64,000 nucleotides of DNA from Macrostomum hystrix (GCA_950097015.1 CATNEN010000001.1:26970001-27034000), one strand, 5' to 3'; shown: positions 23,201 to 35,700, numbered from the stretch's first letter. Notes: generated by a model from the sequence alone, not told the origin. Program-made: numbers and translations.

Positions 23201-26200
23201 CTGGGGTCCATGAGCAAGCCACTCACTTCTTCCTGAGTTGAGTTCACACCGAAGGCCCTGTCGAACTGGAACATCTTCTTGTCGGAGCCGACCGTGACCA
23301 CATCCTGATCGTTGGGCGTGGCGAGGCTCATCTTGGCCGCTGTTTCGTTGCGAACTCGGCAGAAGACGCGGATGTTTCCGCGAAGCTCTTGCAGCTGATT
23401 GTAGAGCAGCTTCCGTTGCAGGGCTTCTCGACGGTACAGGGTTCGCACTTCCTCGATCTGCTCCTCCGTGACTGCGCCGCACTGTTTCAGTCGTTTCATG
23501 GCCTCTTTGAGGTCCACGATGGCCTTGCTAGTGGATTCCTTCTGGGCTTTTGTGTCACTGACCAGCTGCAGGTAGACCTTGTGCATCGACTTCACACCGT
23601 CGTATAGACGTTTCAGCTCCGCCTTGCCAATGGTCTCCTGCTCAGCTTGAGCTGCTGCCGCTGCGGCTGCCGCTGCGGCTGCCGTGGCAGCTCCTCCGCC
23701 GCGGGACTTGGCGGTGACCGGCCGCTCACGCTGCAGCACCTCCACCTGCGCGATGGTGGCCGAGCACTCGGCTTTGGTGGTGGCCAGCAGCTCCTCCATC
23801 TCCGAGATCTGGCATCGATGGTTAGGAAGCGTTGTATACCTATTTGATATGGATTCAGAGTAATGTTCAAATCATATGTGGAGTTGTTTTTACCTTAGAT
23901 TTCAAGTAGTTATTCTCTTCTTCGAGTTTTGTGAGCCGGACATCGCGTCTTTCAAGCTTCCGCTCCTGGAATTTGTTTGTCACGAGTGAGTGAGTGAGTG
24001 AGTGAGTGAGTGAGTGAGTGAGTGAGTGAGTGAGTGAGTGAGTGAGTGAGTGAGTGAGTGAGTGAGTGAGTGAGTGAGTGAGTGAGTGAGTGAGTGAGTG
24101 AGTGAGTGAGTGAGTGAGTGAGTGAGTGAGTGAGTGAGTGAGTGAGTGAGTGAGTGAGTGAGTGAGTGAGTGAGTGAGTGAGTGAGTGAGTGAGTGAGTG
24201 AGTTTATTGGCTTTTTTCGACTTGTCTTTACTCTGGTTACAAACTGTGCTAATATGGAACAAACAGTATGGATAAGTTACATGTGGTATGTAAGGAGGCC
24301 AAACGCATCTCGGGGATTTTAAATCACCTTTTGCGCTCTCCGCGAGGGGGTGCTAACCTTGCTAGTCTACTATACTAAAATTGGGATGTTTCAATCAATC
24401 AAGAGCTAGAATCAGTCAGCTAGAATATAAAATCGATTGACCCTTGACCTACCGCAGTGGTGAGCTTGGCAGCCATTTCATCGTAGTTCTCGTTCTGCAT
24501 GATGATGGACTTTTCTCGGCTGAGCGCGCCTTCGAATCCGGCCGCAACCTCGGCCCCGTAGGTGCCCTGAGTGGCATGGAAGGTGTTGACGCAGTCCTCC
24601 ACGTTGTAGTTGCTGGCTCGAAGGCTGGCGAGCAGGTCGCACTCGTCTCGCCATTGCGGGCAGAGCTCCTGGAAAGCAGCGATTTACCAGGAATTCATCT
24701 GAAAGCTGCGTACGGCTGCCCAGTCCATGGACTGTGGGGATGCCACACCCACCCTCAATTACCCCAGCTAATGCAGAGCTAAGCGTTTTGCTACGGAACA
24801 TAAATTGTTCCAGGGGAATGATTAAGTCTGAAATAGTACTATTAATAATTGCAGGAGGGATGTGGGCCTGACATATTATTTATTAGCAGGTCGACACGCA
24901 GCCAGAGAGGAGGCCACTACGTCTTTCTTAGCACACACGCCCACAGACACTGTTCAAAAACACACTTAAACTGGGCGCCTACATCTGCCCTGACTTTCTC
25001 ATCGTCAGGCAGTGTATGCCCTCACTGTACCTTAGAGGTTGGCCCTCAAGGACGTAAATTGCACGACAAGCCCCCAAGCCTTCTCTCAGCGGCTGCGCCC
25101 CAAATGAATGTGGCCCCGCTGTGGAATCGATCCCATTACATAAAAGTACTTCGTCTCCATATTCAAAAAAAATATTGAATTGTGTAGAAGGGCAGGAGAA
25201 TTTCATTAAAACTGTATTTGGCTGAAGCAGAAGCCACTGAAGCCTGTCAGTTTGAATTGTATGCGTGCTGAATGAGAAGCAAAAAATACAATAGATAAGC
25301 TAGTTGCATTGTGAAGCGGTGCGTGACATTGCTTCGAGTAGTTGACGTGTCGTACCTGAGTCTGCCGCACCAGCTTCTTGGCTACATCAGTCTTGAGCTC
25401 CCACTTCAGAGGCAATTTGATCCAGGCGGACTCATCCGGGTCGTAGTAGCAGTGGACATTGCGCCTGTGCTGTAAATGGGCAAGGGAGGCGGAGAGACAT
25501 TGCCTATTCAGCCTGTGCTCCAGTGAGATTTGAGGATATTTCCAAACAGCTGGCTGAAACGGGGAGTTCCTTAAAGGCAGCAGCAATGCCAGAACTTCTG
25601 TCTGGCTGTCAAGTGATCGAATAATCAATACATTATTGACTGGGATAGTCCTGAGCTGGAAAATATCGTTCATTACATTGTGCAGACGGATCCGTCCGCC
25701 TCTACCCTGGCAGTGACTAGCGCAGTGAGCCAATCTACTGTTTTCCGCCCACAATGTCTGGATATAAAAATAACTGACTGATACGACATCAACAGACTGC
25801 GCAAGAAAATAAGAAGGCAGAAAAGCATACTGAGCTAAGATCTAAAAAAGATCGACTTTTGAAGGCCCCTATACCAGACACGGACTCATCGAAGCAATGG
25901 CGTCCATAGCTCAAACTCTGCAGAGCACATTGGAGCAGTTCGTTCGCCCGCACCGGGTTCACGCCAGCTTCCCTGTGGATCGCTTCTTCAACAAGCTGGC
26001 CTTCATGGCTGTCATTGTGCAGGCCATCGCCATCATTGTAGCCAACTTCGCTGCCAGTGAGTTTCGATAGACGCATCTTAACATTTTGACAATTTTTGTG
26101 CTGCACCCGAATGGAACAACGCAAGCAGACGAAACTCAAGAACACGGGTTAACTTCTTGTTGCGCATCTTCTGAAACAATAATCGAGTCGCCAGCTCTTT

Positions 26201-29200
26201 AAACCGTCGAGATATTCAATGGTTCTGGCCGAAGGTCAGATTCTTCCCATAAGAGCTAGTGTATTTCATACACCCCTATACCTAGATTAGCACTGCGGCT
26301 CAGTGCGCCTTGCCAGGCCTTCAAAATTTAAATTAAAGATGTGCCTGCATCAATTCCGTCTTCGGTAGTCACCTAAGTTTATCTAGACGGACTGCTAGAC
26401 CCTGAAGGGCTACAACAGGTGGAAATAGGCCACCCAAACGCGAATTACCCTAATTTCACTGATCAAGCACTACTGATATTCGGTGCAGCTCAACCACAAG
26501 ACACCGCCTAGTCTATCAACGAATCAGTCACCCCCCATCGATGTTAGCATTCGGGCGCTGCCAAAAACATTTCAGTGGGGGGATTTTTCACCACCTTGGT
26601 ATACAACATGGCTTGGTAGTCCTACTGTTAATCTTTCAGCGATGTATTTGGCTGATGTCCGCAGCTATTACATGTTCTCCCCGCACTCGCAGAGGCCAAG
26701 ATCAGCTGCACACCCGAGTTGGCAAGCCAGTCGTTCAACAGTTCAGGAGCCGGCCGTGGCGGGCTCGGAGCGGACATCGGCCGCAAAGCCTACGCCGAGA
26801 GCTACTGCTACTCGCAGGGCGTGGACCAAACCCTGACGCCCAATCACACCATCCCAGCTGACCTGAACGGAGTGCTCAATCACTACCTGCTGCAGTTCTA
26901 CCTGCCGCTGCTTTTTCTGCTACAGGGCGTGTCGCTCTACCTACCTTACTACGCGTGGAGCAAGACCGTGGGTGAGCACCTGCGAGACCACATCCAATTT
27001 GTGGTCGACTTGTCCCTGAAGCTGCTGGAGGATCACGACGAGGGCGAGGGTCACGTGCACACCGAGTCCTGCAAGAATCGGCGCATGCAGCAGGGCCGCC
27101 CATCCAAGGCTGACGTGCTCACGGACGGCGCCCTGAAGCAGCGCCTGAAGCGGTGGTACTGCAAAGGCAAGCACACTAGAAATTACTACCTGTTCCAGCT
27201 GGCCAGGTTGACACTGCTGCTGTTCTGGATCGCTTTCTACATATTCTGCCCGGGCTTTAGGCATCGGGATATTCGCTACGAGTTCATGTGCGTCATTCGC
27301 AACCGCGAGGACTATGGCTACATGTGCGTCCTGCTGCAGGCGAGCATCTTCGAGCTCGGCTGGACGGGCAACCTGTGCATACTGGCCTTCTGTCTGCTGC
27401 TGCTTCTGCACCAAGTGTGCTACGTGTTCCCCTTCGTGATCAGCTGTCGTTGCACCTTCTGCCGCACGAAGCGCTGCCTGCCATCCTGCCGCAAGGAGTG
27501 CAGGTCGCACTATTTCCAGCGAATCCTGGGCATTGTAATTCAACCGAAACGCGAGCCGGCGGGGTCGGGCTGCTGCGCCTGGCTCGGCGAGAGTGCCACC
27601 GGTTACGAGCAGCTCAACGGTGGCACGGACTACCACTCGCCAAGGCTGGTTGACAGGTATTACATTTCGCGATTGTGCTACGAGAATTCGCACCTCCTTG
27701 ACAAGGTGCTGCCGGATATGGGCAGCGCCAACGCGCCGGACGAGTTCAGCAGCTTGGGCAACCTCGCCTCCATCGCCATGAAGCTGGACAATCGGGCTGA
27801 CGATGCTGCGGCCACCGTCGATCAGGGACTCAAGGAGGCTGAAGGACAGGCTAAGAACTCAGTCAATCCATTCTTGAAAAAGTTGAAAAGAGTGAAATCA
27901 ACTGCTGATGATGCTCTCGATGGTGCGAAGGCGGCAGCAGAGTCAGGAGTGAGCGAGGCGAAGGCGGCAGCAGAGTCAGGAGTGAGCGAGGCGAAGGCGG
28001 CAGCAGAGTCAGGAGTGAGCGAGGCGAAGGCGGCAGCAGAGTCAGGAGTGAGCGAGGCGAAGGCGGCAGCAGAGTCAGGAGTGAGCGAGGCGAAGGCGGC
28101 AGCAGAGTCAGGAGTGAGCGAGGCGAAGGCGGCAGCTGAAGGCCCGTCGCCCTGAGCTGATTCTCTTGAGCTGAGCACAGGTGCTGTTTGCGAACTTTTA
28201 TTGCAATTTTCAGACTTGCAGACTTAAGTGACTTAGACAATAGTTTTTTTCACACCTAAATGCACTCTGTTACTGCATTCAGATCACGCACTTTTGGTTT
28301 GTCTTTTTTTCGTTTTTAAGGCACAAAACCTATATTAATTCTTGAATTACAGCACAACTGATTCGTTAAATGATAAACACGAAACTAAACTCGAAACAAC
28401 GGCTTACTTCAAAAATGTAGGTCTGGAACACGCCTTTGCCAGGTATCTTGATCACGCCCTCGCGTTCGTCCTTCTTTTCGCCAGAAATTTCCACATTAAC
28501 AGCCTGCGAGTTGGAACCACTGGCTGCTCCGCCTTGACCAGCTCCGTGAGACTGCGAGGACTGCAATTTTGATTTTACCTGTAGAAACTAACTGCAGCAA
28601 GCAGCCTTAGTAGTAGATATGATAGCATTTACTTACCTCGCCGCCACCAAGAACATCGTCGACCTCCAGCGCTCCCTGAGTGTACCACTCTAGAGGAAAC
28701 TCCTTCCATTCCTGCGGCATCAAAGATAACAGACAGAGGTAACAGCAAAAACAACAGACAGTGATGACTGCAATGAAACATGAAATATATTATAGGGTGA
28801 TGTTTCGCTCCACACTTACTCCGCTTTTGAAGCTGTCAAGGTAGTAACGAACATCGTTGACGTACATGCAAGTGTAGTTCTTGCCAGACGAGTGATAGAA
28901 AGTTTCGAAAATTATGTCATTCGGATTCCGCACCTAAGGATTAAAAAGCCATTGGTTGATATCGTTACATTGAATGCAAGTTAATTAGAGAATCGTATTA
29001 AACCGTAAAAATAGATGTAAACCCAGTAAAACCTGAGAAATTAAAAAAATAATTTTCGTGAAGTAAGAGTGTGAATTAACTTATAGCACCCTACGATCCA
29101 TTTTAAGCACTGGCAAGACTGTGAGAATAAATATTAATCCATTTCAAATTAAAATACGACTTGATTCGTTTCTTCCTAAAATACAGTGTATAAAATACCT

Positions 29201-29746
29201 AAATCAAATAAATATATGCACGAAATTCTAGCATTTAAAATAAGAGACTTGATACAGCCTGCTTAGTTTTAAATTACTCTAGAAAATAATCTGCCTAGTA
29301 GAACCAAGCTCATCAAAGGAAATTTAATCAAGCACATATATTAGGGCTACCTTTAGATAGTTTTAAAAAACATATGAAGCCTGTCACTGTGCCATAACAC
29401 TTGCACAAAGTAAGCTTAAAATTTATATTGTTAATTTAATACAATAATTTAATTTGAGTATTACCTCTGGAATTGCATCAGCTCGACCACCTCTAATGAT
29501 ACGCGGCCCAGCAGATGATTTAGAAGTGCTTCCTTGCTGAATTGCTGCCGCTGATTGCTGATTAGCACTAGACGCTGCTTGACTGTTGGTTTGTTGAGTT
29601 CCAGTCGCTTGTCTACTTGTCGTTCCACTTGCTCTGGTATTGCTTCTAGCCGGGTTAGAGCCAGAGCCTCTGAAATCTGAAACAGAAGCAACTCTTCGAG
29701 GTGGAACAGTCGTGCCCTTTACTTCTGCAGATGGAGCGGATCCCAT
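20282..29746 (-). CDS. Kinesin-14 family (KIFC3-like, C-terminal motor) protein, 11 coding exons, ~818 aa
   Basis: Exons 29746-29465, 28933-28820, 28711-28637, 28578-28408, 25469-25356, 24668-24453, 23965-23894, 23808-23227, 22067-21649, 21012-20730 and 20410-20282 total 2457 nt with consistent phases. Motifs: neck RKLLYNQLQELRGNIRVFCRVR, P-loop GQTGSGKT, SSRSH, DLAGSER, HVPYRNSKLT. Joining of the N-terminal exons is inferred from splice phase. Confidence 0.88.
22270..22762 (-). mobile_element. Internally deleted Tc1/mariner element in a kinesin intron
   Basis: TA on both flanks; TIR cgagggtcactcagaaagt...actttctgagtgaccctcg. The transposase N-terminal HTH (MKLENRDFRAMMYLHFKQGKSPADSFQTLQDVF) is joined out of frame to the C-terminus (WRQCFDSWFHRMQACINAGGEYFE). 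Confidence 0.92.
23984..24202. repeat. (GAGT)n microsatellite, ~55 units; reads (ACTC)n on the kinesin sense strand
   Basis: Perfect tetranucleotide run ending ~18 nt before the kinesin acceptor at 23966. Confidence 0.98.
25897..28155 (+). CDS. Pannexin/innexin/LRRC8-superfamily four-TM large-pore channel protein, 2 exons, 540 aa, nested antisense in a kinesin intron
   Basis: Exons 25897-26056 and 26693-28155 total 1623 nt. Motif order: FPVDRFFNKL-TM1-ISCTP...KAYAESYCYS...TM2 FYLPLLFLLQGVSLYLPYYAW...TM3...EFMCVIR...MCVLLQASIFEL...NL-TM4. Two Cys per extracellular loop. Confidence 0.8.
27924..28137 (+). repeat. 33-bp coding minisatellite (AKAAAESGVSE x ~6.5) at the channel C-terminus
   Basis: Unit gcgaaggcggcagcagagtcaggagtgagcgag. 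Confidence 0.95.
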
Positions 29747-30086
29747 TTTACCCTGCAGATAAGCTGTGACCTTAGTTAAAAACTATGGGTATGACCATGT
29801 ACAAATTTAGAATAAATCAAAAGCTCCATGGTCATGTTAAAAAACACACTCAAACAATATGTAATCTAGAAGAATTTAATAAAAAGACTAAGTTTAGTTA
29901 GATTTGCGCTTTAAGAATTGCCTCTGTACCTTTTGTAAGATTTTGCCGCAAATATGTAAATTAGCATCCTAGCAGGTGTTATACCACGCTTCTTTCGGCG
30001 AAGCGGGCGTACTACAAAGATTTAAACTTATTTTTTATTCTGCAAATTTGCGCTGTCATCAGCAGAACTGAGAACAGAACGAGTCA

Positions 30087-30547
30087 CATTGAAATCACCC
30101 GACGGCCACCCGACGGCAGAGGTCTAGACGGGGAAAAAGCTTAAAATATCTCTCGTTTAGCCTGAAAAAAACTTGTCTATTGAGCTTTCTTCTATGGACT
30201 AGACCGGAAAATTAGGTTTGCTATCAAGAGACAACTTGAAGAAAAAAAGATTGACTGTAAAATCTGTCAAGCAGCTATAGGCCCTAGTAATTTTTGCATT
30301 GAAAAGAACATGTAAATTGTATAAACTGGATTTTAAAATATCTTCACAGGATTTTAACAGGATCTTAAACAGGATTTTAAATAAAAATAAAAAAATGGAA
30401 GTACTAGGCCTAGTATTTTAAAACATGAGCTTTTTTCCAGTCTAGTCCATAAAAGAAAGCTTAAAATACGAGCTTTTTCCAGGCTAGACGAGAGATATTT
30501 TAAGCTTTTTCCCCGTCTAGACCTCTGACTTCGGGTGGTTGAAATGT
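30087..30547. mobile_element. MITE-like element with ~120-bp imperfect terminal inverted repeats
   Basis: cagaggtctagacggggaaaaagcttaaaatatctctcgt (30117+) pairs with acgagagatattttaagctttttccccgtctagacctctg (30488-30527). Confidence 0.8.
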
Positions 30548-31139
30548 ACACAGCTGGACAAATAAACTATTTAGCTTTAATTTATAAGCAAATGATGTTG
30601 CTTTTTATATATAGACGTGACTGATTTCTAATTCAGCTGGCAGTGGATGAATTTATTTGTGCTTAGTGGTTTGCACTGCCACAAACTCAAAGGGCATAAA
30701 AAATATTTTCATTGCATAGTAGGCCTAACAATCACACTTTGGCATTCATGTCAAGCTTTTTAAAACTCTGTGACAACATCTTATAATCATACTCACCATT
30801 CTGCAGAAATCGATTTTGCCAATTATTTGCATTATGGTTACTGTTTTTTCATGGGATTTTATTCAAAGCTTATTTAAATTTCAGCAGTGCAAACTCAAAA
30901 TATATTTTACATATGCAACTCAATTACTTTCCTCATTAATCAGTGAAATCAGAGCTACTTCCTCATGACTAAGAAATTGTTCTATACACTACTTTAAATG
31001 GAAATAACTGAAAGAAGTACTTGACTATTTGGTGTCCCAGTGCCTAAGGTGTAAATTTGTAGCTGGGACATGTATCAAGATGTATAAAAGAGGTCATGTT
31101 AGAAGGATCAAGCATAAAGCACAGCACACTAATGTTTAA

Positions 31140-31839
31140 TGTCCTATTTTCCAGTACCAGTAACAGTACCAGTACCAGAAAAGATAAAAGTTAAAACAAA
31201 GGGTCGTAACATCGAAAAATATTAATTGCCATGGCTGTAGATGAAGCACATGCAATTTCAGCTTCCTACAGCATCCAGCGCTGGAGCAGTGGACCCTTAA
31301 AGTGCGTCTCCCCACCCCAGCCATAGAAGCCTCTGTTACTGAGGTCATGAGGACCCTTATTGCGCCAGCATGACTGGTCAGGGGCAACTAATAACCATCA
31401 GAGCATCAATTGCCATGGCTGTAGATGAAGCACGTGCAATTTCAGCTTCCTACAGCATCCAGCGCCGGAGCAGTGGACCCTTAAAGTGCGTCTCCCCACC
31501 CTAGCCATAGAAGCCTCTGTTACTAAGGTCATGAGGACCCTTATTGCCCTTCATCTACAGCCATGGCAATTGATGCTCTGATGGTTATTAGTTGCCCCTG
31601 ACCAGTCATGCTGGCGCAATAAGGGTCCTCATGACCTTAGTAACCGAGGCTTTTATGGCTGGGGTGGGGAGACGCACTTTAAGGGTCCACTGCTCCAGCG
31701 CTGGATGCTGTAGGAAGCTGAAATTGCACGTGCTTCATCTACAGCCATGGCAATTAATATTTTTCGATGTTACGACCATTTTTTTTAACTTTTATTTTTT
31801 CTGGTACTGGTACTGTTACTGGTACTGGAAAATAGGACG
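31140..31839. mobile_element. Foldback/Mutator-like non-autonomous element with ~290-bp TIRs and a 10-bp TSD
   Basis: Arms 31141-31429 and 31549-31838 are reverse complements. taatgtttaa is duplicated at 31130-31139 and 31840-31849. The spacer is a further tandem copy of the arm sequence. Confidence 0.88.
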
Positions 31840-32758
31840 TAATGTTTAACATACATGGTATGACAAAAATTTCAATACCTAACTAATTTGTGTGTCTGAT
31901 GTGTTTGAAGCAGCATATGGACATTCATCAAGCAGTTGAATCGGTGTCTGATTAAATGCTCACTCCCTGCCCATCTATTGCTTAGGCTTGAAGTACTTTT
32001 ATAACTTAGCTAGGTATTTAAAAACCCATTTGAGGAAACTAAAAAAAAATTTTCATTAGCAAATTATTACCAAAAAAATCTTGCATTCTAAAGTTTTTTA
32101 GTGTCAGAGTCAGATATACACTCTTGGCATGAGAGTTCATGGTTTTTATTTTAATTTTTATTTAAAGGGAATGGCTATTGGGACATGTCTGTTGGGAACT
32201 CATGCATTTACTTAATGCCTAAATTTCTGATATTCCCAATCAATTCCTAATTAAATTGTTAGCTATAGCTACACATTATTCTATATAAGTTTAAATCTTA
32301 TGCAAATGATACCTTGTGATAGCTTTATATTTTGATCTACCAGAGAGCCATATACATATACCTAGTATATGCTTTTGTTAGTCATCCTTTGTTTGATCTA
32401 CTAATAGTATACATATTTAGATTATATTGTACTAATTTGTTGTTGGTTAAAAATTTAGATAGTTGTAAATTATGTGATACTATCTCTATAATAATATATA
32501 TTGACAGCTAATCTTTATATTAAAGAAAAATTTTATTTCTACATGATACATGGTGCAAATGATTTATAATAGTTTAATACTTCCTTAGATTGATGTGCTA
32601 CCCTTAAAATCATTTGTAGGGCAGGAATAATAAACAAATTGATATGATAGCATTAATTATTTTCATTCTATTCTATTTCTATTCAGTTTTTCTGCAAATG
32701 ATGTTTTTGTGTTTTTAATGCTTCCAGTGTGCAACTATTGAAACTCACATTTCAGGAT

Positions 32759-35700
32759 ATGTTTTTGAATACCCTCACGCCCAAATTTTATGTGGCGTTG
32801 ACAGGCACCTCTTCTCTTATTTCTGGTCTCATTCTGGTGAGTTTTTTCTTTTTCTTAAAATTATTCACAAATTTAACTAATTTATTGGTGCTAATATTTT
32901 AGCCTTCATTTTTGTGAACAAGAGCTTTTAGATGATAATTATTTGTAGCTCCAACAGCATTGCCATTCTACTGCCATTGCCCTGACCCGCTTGTGTTATT
33001 CTAACCTCGAACAACCCTTCTCAATGCAGATTTTCGAATGGTGGTACTTCAAAAAGTACGGCACATCCTTCATTGAGCAGATCTCGCTGACCCACATCAG
33101 CCCGCTTCTAGGCGGAGCCGACGATGATGAGTCCATTGAATATGGCGAGACAGCTGCCAACAACACCCAGAACAGCATTCAGGGTAGGGGAGCTTTTTCC
33201 CGCTGAGCTTCGTTTAATTTCCATGATTAAAGCAAGTATTAAAAATCGCGCTCTGACTTAACTGCCCATCTGCAGAGTGCAAGGTGTGGCGCAATCCGTA
33301 CAGTTTATTCCGCGGCGCGGAGTACCAGCGATACAAGGAGGTGACCAACATGGAGCCGCTGACCTACTACGATATGAACCTCTCCGCCCAGGATCACCAG
33401 ACTTTCTTCATCTGCGAAGCTGATAATGGCAAGCCGGAGTATGAGAGTGAGTGCCTGTTTACCCATCTGTCAATCTTGACTCACCTGTCAATCAAACTGG
33501 ACTCATTTGTCAAGCTACCTTGACTCACATATCAATGTACATTGACACGTCAATCTACCCAGACTCACCTGTCAATCTACCTGATTCAGCCCTGTGTAAT
33601 TTGCCATCAGCTATTAGCTCTCCCTGACCCATTAGATCTGGCTCCCAAAAGCCTGACCCACTGATGCAGTGATCACCCTCGCCTGCAGTCATGCAGATCA
33701 TAAGATCTGGCTCCAAAAAGCCTGACCCACTAACACAGTGACCACCCTCGCCTGCAGTCATGCAGATGGCCTGGCGCGAGCGGAGCCCCTCTGAGCGGAT
33801 TAAAAAGGCCAAGGAGGCGTTGGATAAAAATGCCGACTGCGCACCGGCCATGATCCTCCTAGCTGAGGAGGAGTGCAGCACGGTGCTGGAGGTTGAGAAG
33901 ATGCTCCGGCAGGCCTACAAGTCGGCCGAAGCGTCGTTCCGCCGGTCGCAGCAGCAGCAGCACCACAGCGGCAGTCACGAGTCGCTGCACAGGCGAGACA
34001 CGAATGTCTTCATCTATGTGCGCCGCCGCCTGGCCATGTGCGCCAGGAAGCTGGGCCGCCTCAAGGAGGCCATCAAGATGATGAAGGATCTCATCAAGGA
34101 ATACCCCAGTCTGAATCTGTTCAACATTCATGAGAACCTCATCGAGTGCTACTTTGAGACTGAGCAATATGCCGATGCCCAGGCCTTCCTGGCCAAGTAC
34201 GATGGTGAGTGACTGCGGCTTTTATCAAATATTCCACTGCCGATCTTCTGTTTAGGGATACTCCGTTGGCAATTTTTAGTTTAGGGAAACTTTTTGCAAA
34301 TTTTCTGTATAGGGAAATTCCAAAGCAAGTTTTCTGTTCGGAAATATTGAATTGAATTGCATTGCATTTTTCTGATTGGGATATTCCACAGACTATTTTT
34401 CTGTTTGGGGATATTCCACAGACTATTTTTCTGTTTGGGGATATTCCACAGACTATTTTTCTGTTTGGGGATATTCCACAGACTATTTTTCTGATTGGGG
34501 ATATTCCACAGACTATTTTTCTGTTTCGGGATACTCCACAGACTATTTTTCTGTTTGGGGATACTCCACAGACTATTTTTCTGTTTGGGGATATTCCACA
34601 GACTATTTTTCTGTTTGGGGATATTCCACAGACTATTTTTCTGATTGGGGATATTCCACAGACTATTTTTCTGTTTGGGGATACTCCACAGACTATTTTT
34701 CTGTTTGGGGATACTCCACAGACTATTTTTCTGTTTGGGGATATTCCACAGACTATTTTTCTGTTTGGGGATATTCCACAGACTATTTTTCTGTTTGGGG
34801 ATATTCCACAGACTATTTTTCTGTTTGGGGATATTCCACAGACTATTTTTCTGATTGGGGATATTCCACAGACTATTTTTCTGATTGGGGATATTCCACA
34901 GACTATTTTTCTGTTTGGGGATATTCCACTGACTATTTTTCTGATTGGGGATATTCCACAGACTATTTTTCTGTTTGGGGATACTCCACAGACTATTTTT
35001 CTGTTTGGGGATATTCCACAGACTATTTTTCTGTTTGGGGATACTCCACAGACTATTTTTCTGTTTGGGGATATTCCACAGACTATTTTTCTGATTGGGG
35101 ATATTCCACAGACTATTTTTCTGTTTGGGGATATTCCACTGACTATTTTTCTGTTTGGGGATATTCCACTGACTATTTTTCTGTTTGAGGATATTCCACA
35201 GAGTAATTTTCAGATTAAGGATATTCCACTGACTATTTTTCTGATTAAGGATATTCCACAGACTAATTTTTTGATTTGGGCATATTCCATTGACTATTAT
35301 TTTTCTGCTTGGGATATTCCATCGTGAATTATCTGTTCTGGGAGAGTTGTTAAAATTGCACTCAATGTAAGCTTAAAATCACCTAGTCTCAGCAGCATGC
35401 ATAACCCTTTCGATTGCAGACATCACATATCCGAAATCTGCAACCATTTGCTACACGGCAGCACTGCTCAAAGCGAGGATGGTGGCAGACAAGTGAGTCC
35501 TCTTTGGTTGGCCTTGTGCATTCAGTCGGATTTCATTATTCTACTCGTTACCTGGCTTCTAGAGTCAGGATTTTTTAGTGGGACAAAATTGAATATCGAC
35601 AATAAAAACCAGTCTGAGCTCACAATGAACGACTGTAACATAGATGCAGTCACGAATGCTGAGTGCTGCTCGGCTTTGGATGGGTTTCGGTTTGAGCTGC

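Noticed and set aside
26941-27693. 250-aa antisense ORF
   Set aside because: Shadow of the GC3-rich channel CDS.
31136-31849. Two near-identical 83-85 aa ORFs on opposite strands
   Set aside because: A by-product of the inverted repeat arms.
34362-35327. [10 protein letters not shown] / [10 protein letters not shown] repeat ORFs
   Set aside because: Readings of the 30-bp intronic minisatellite.
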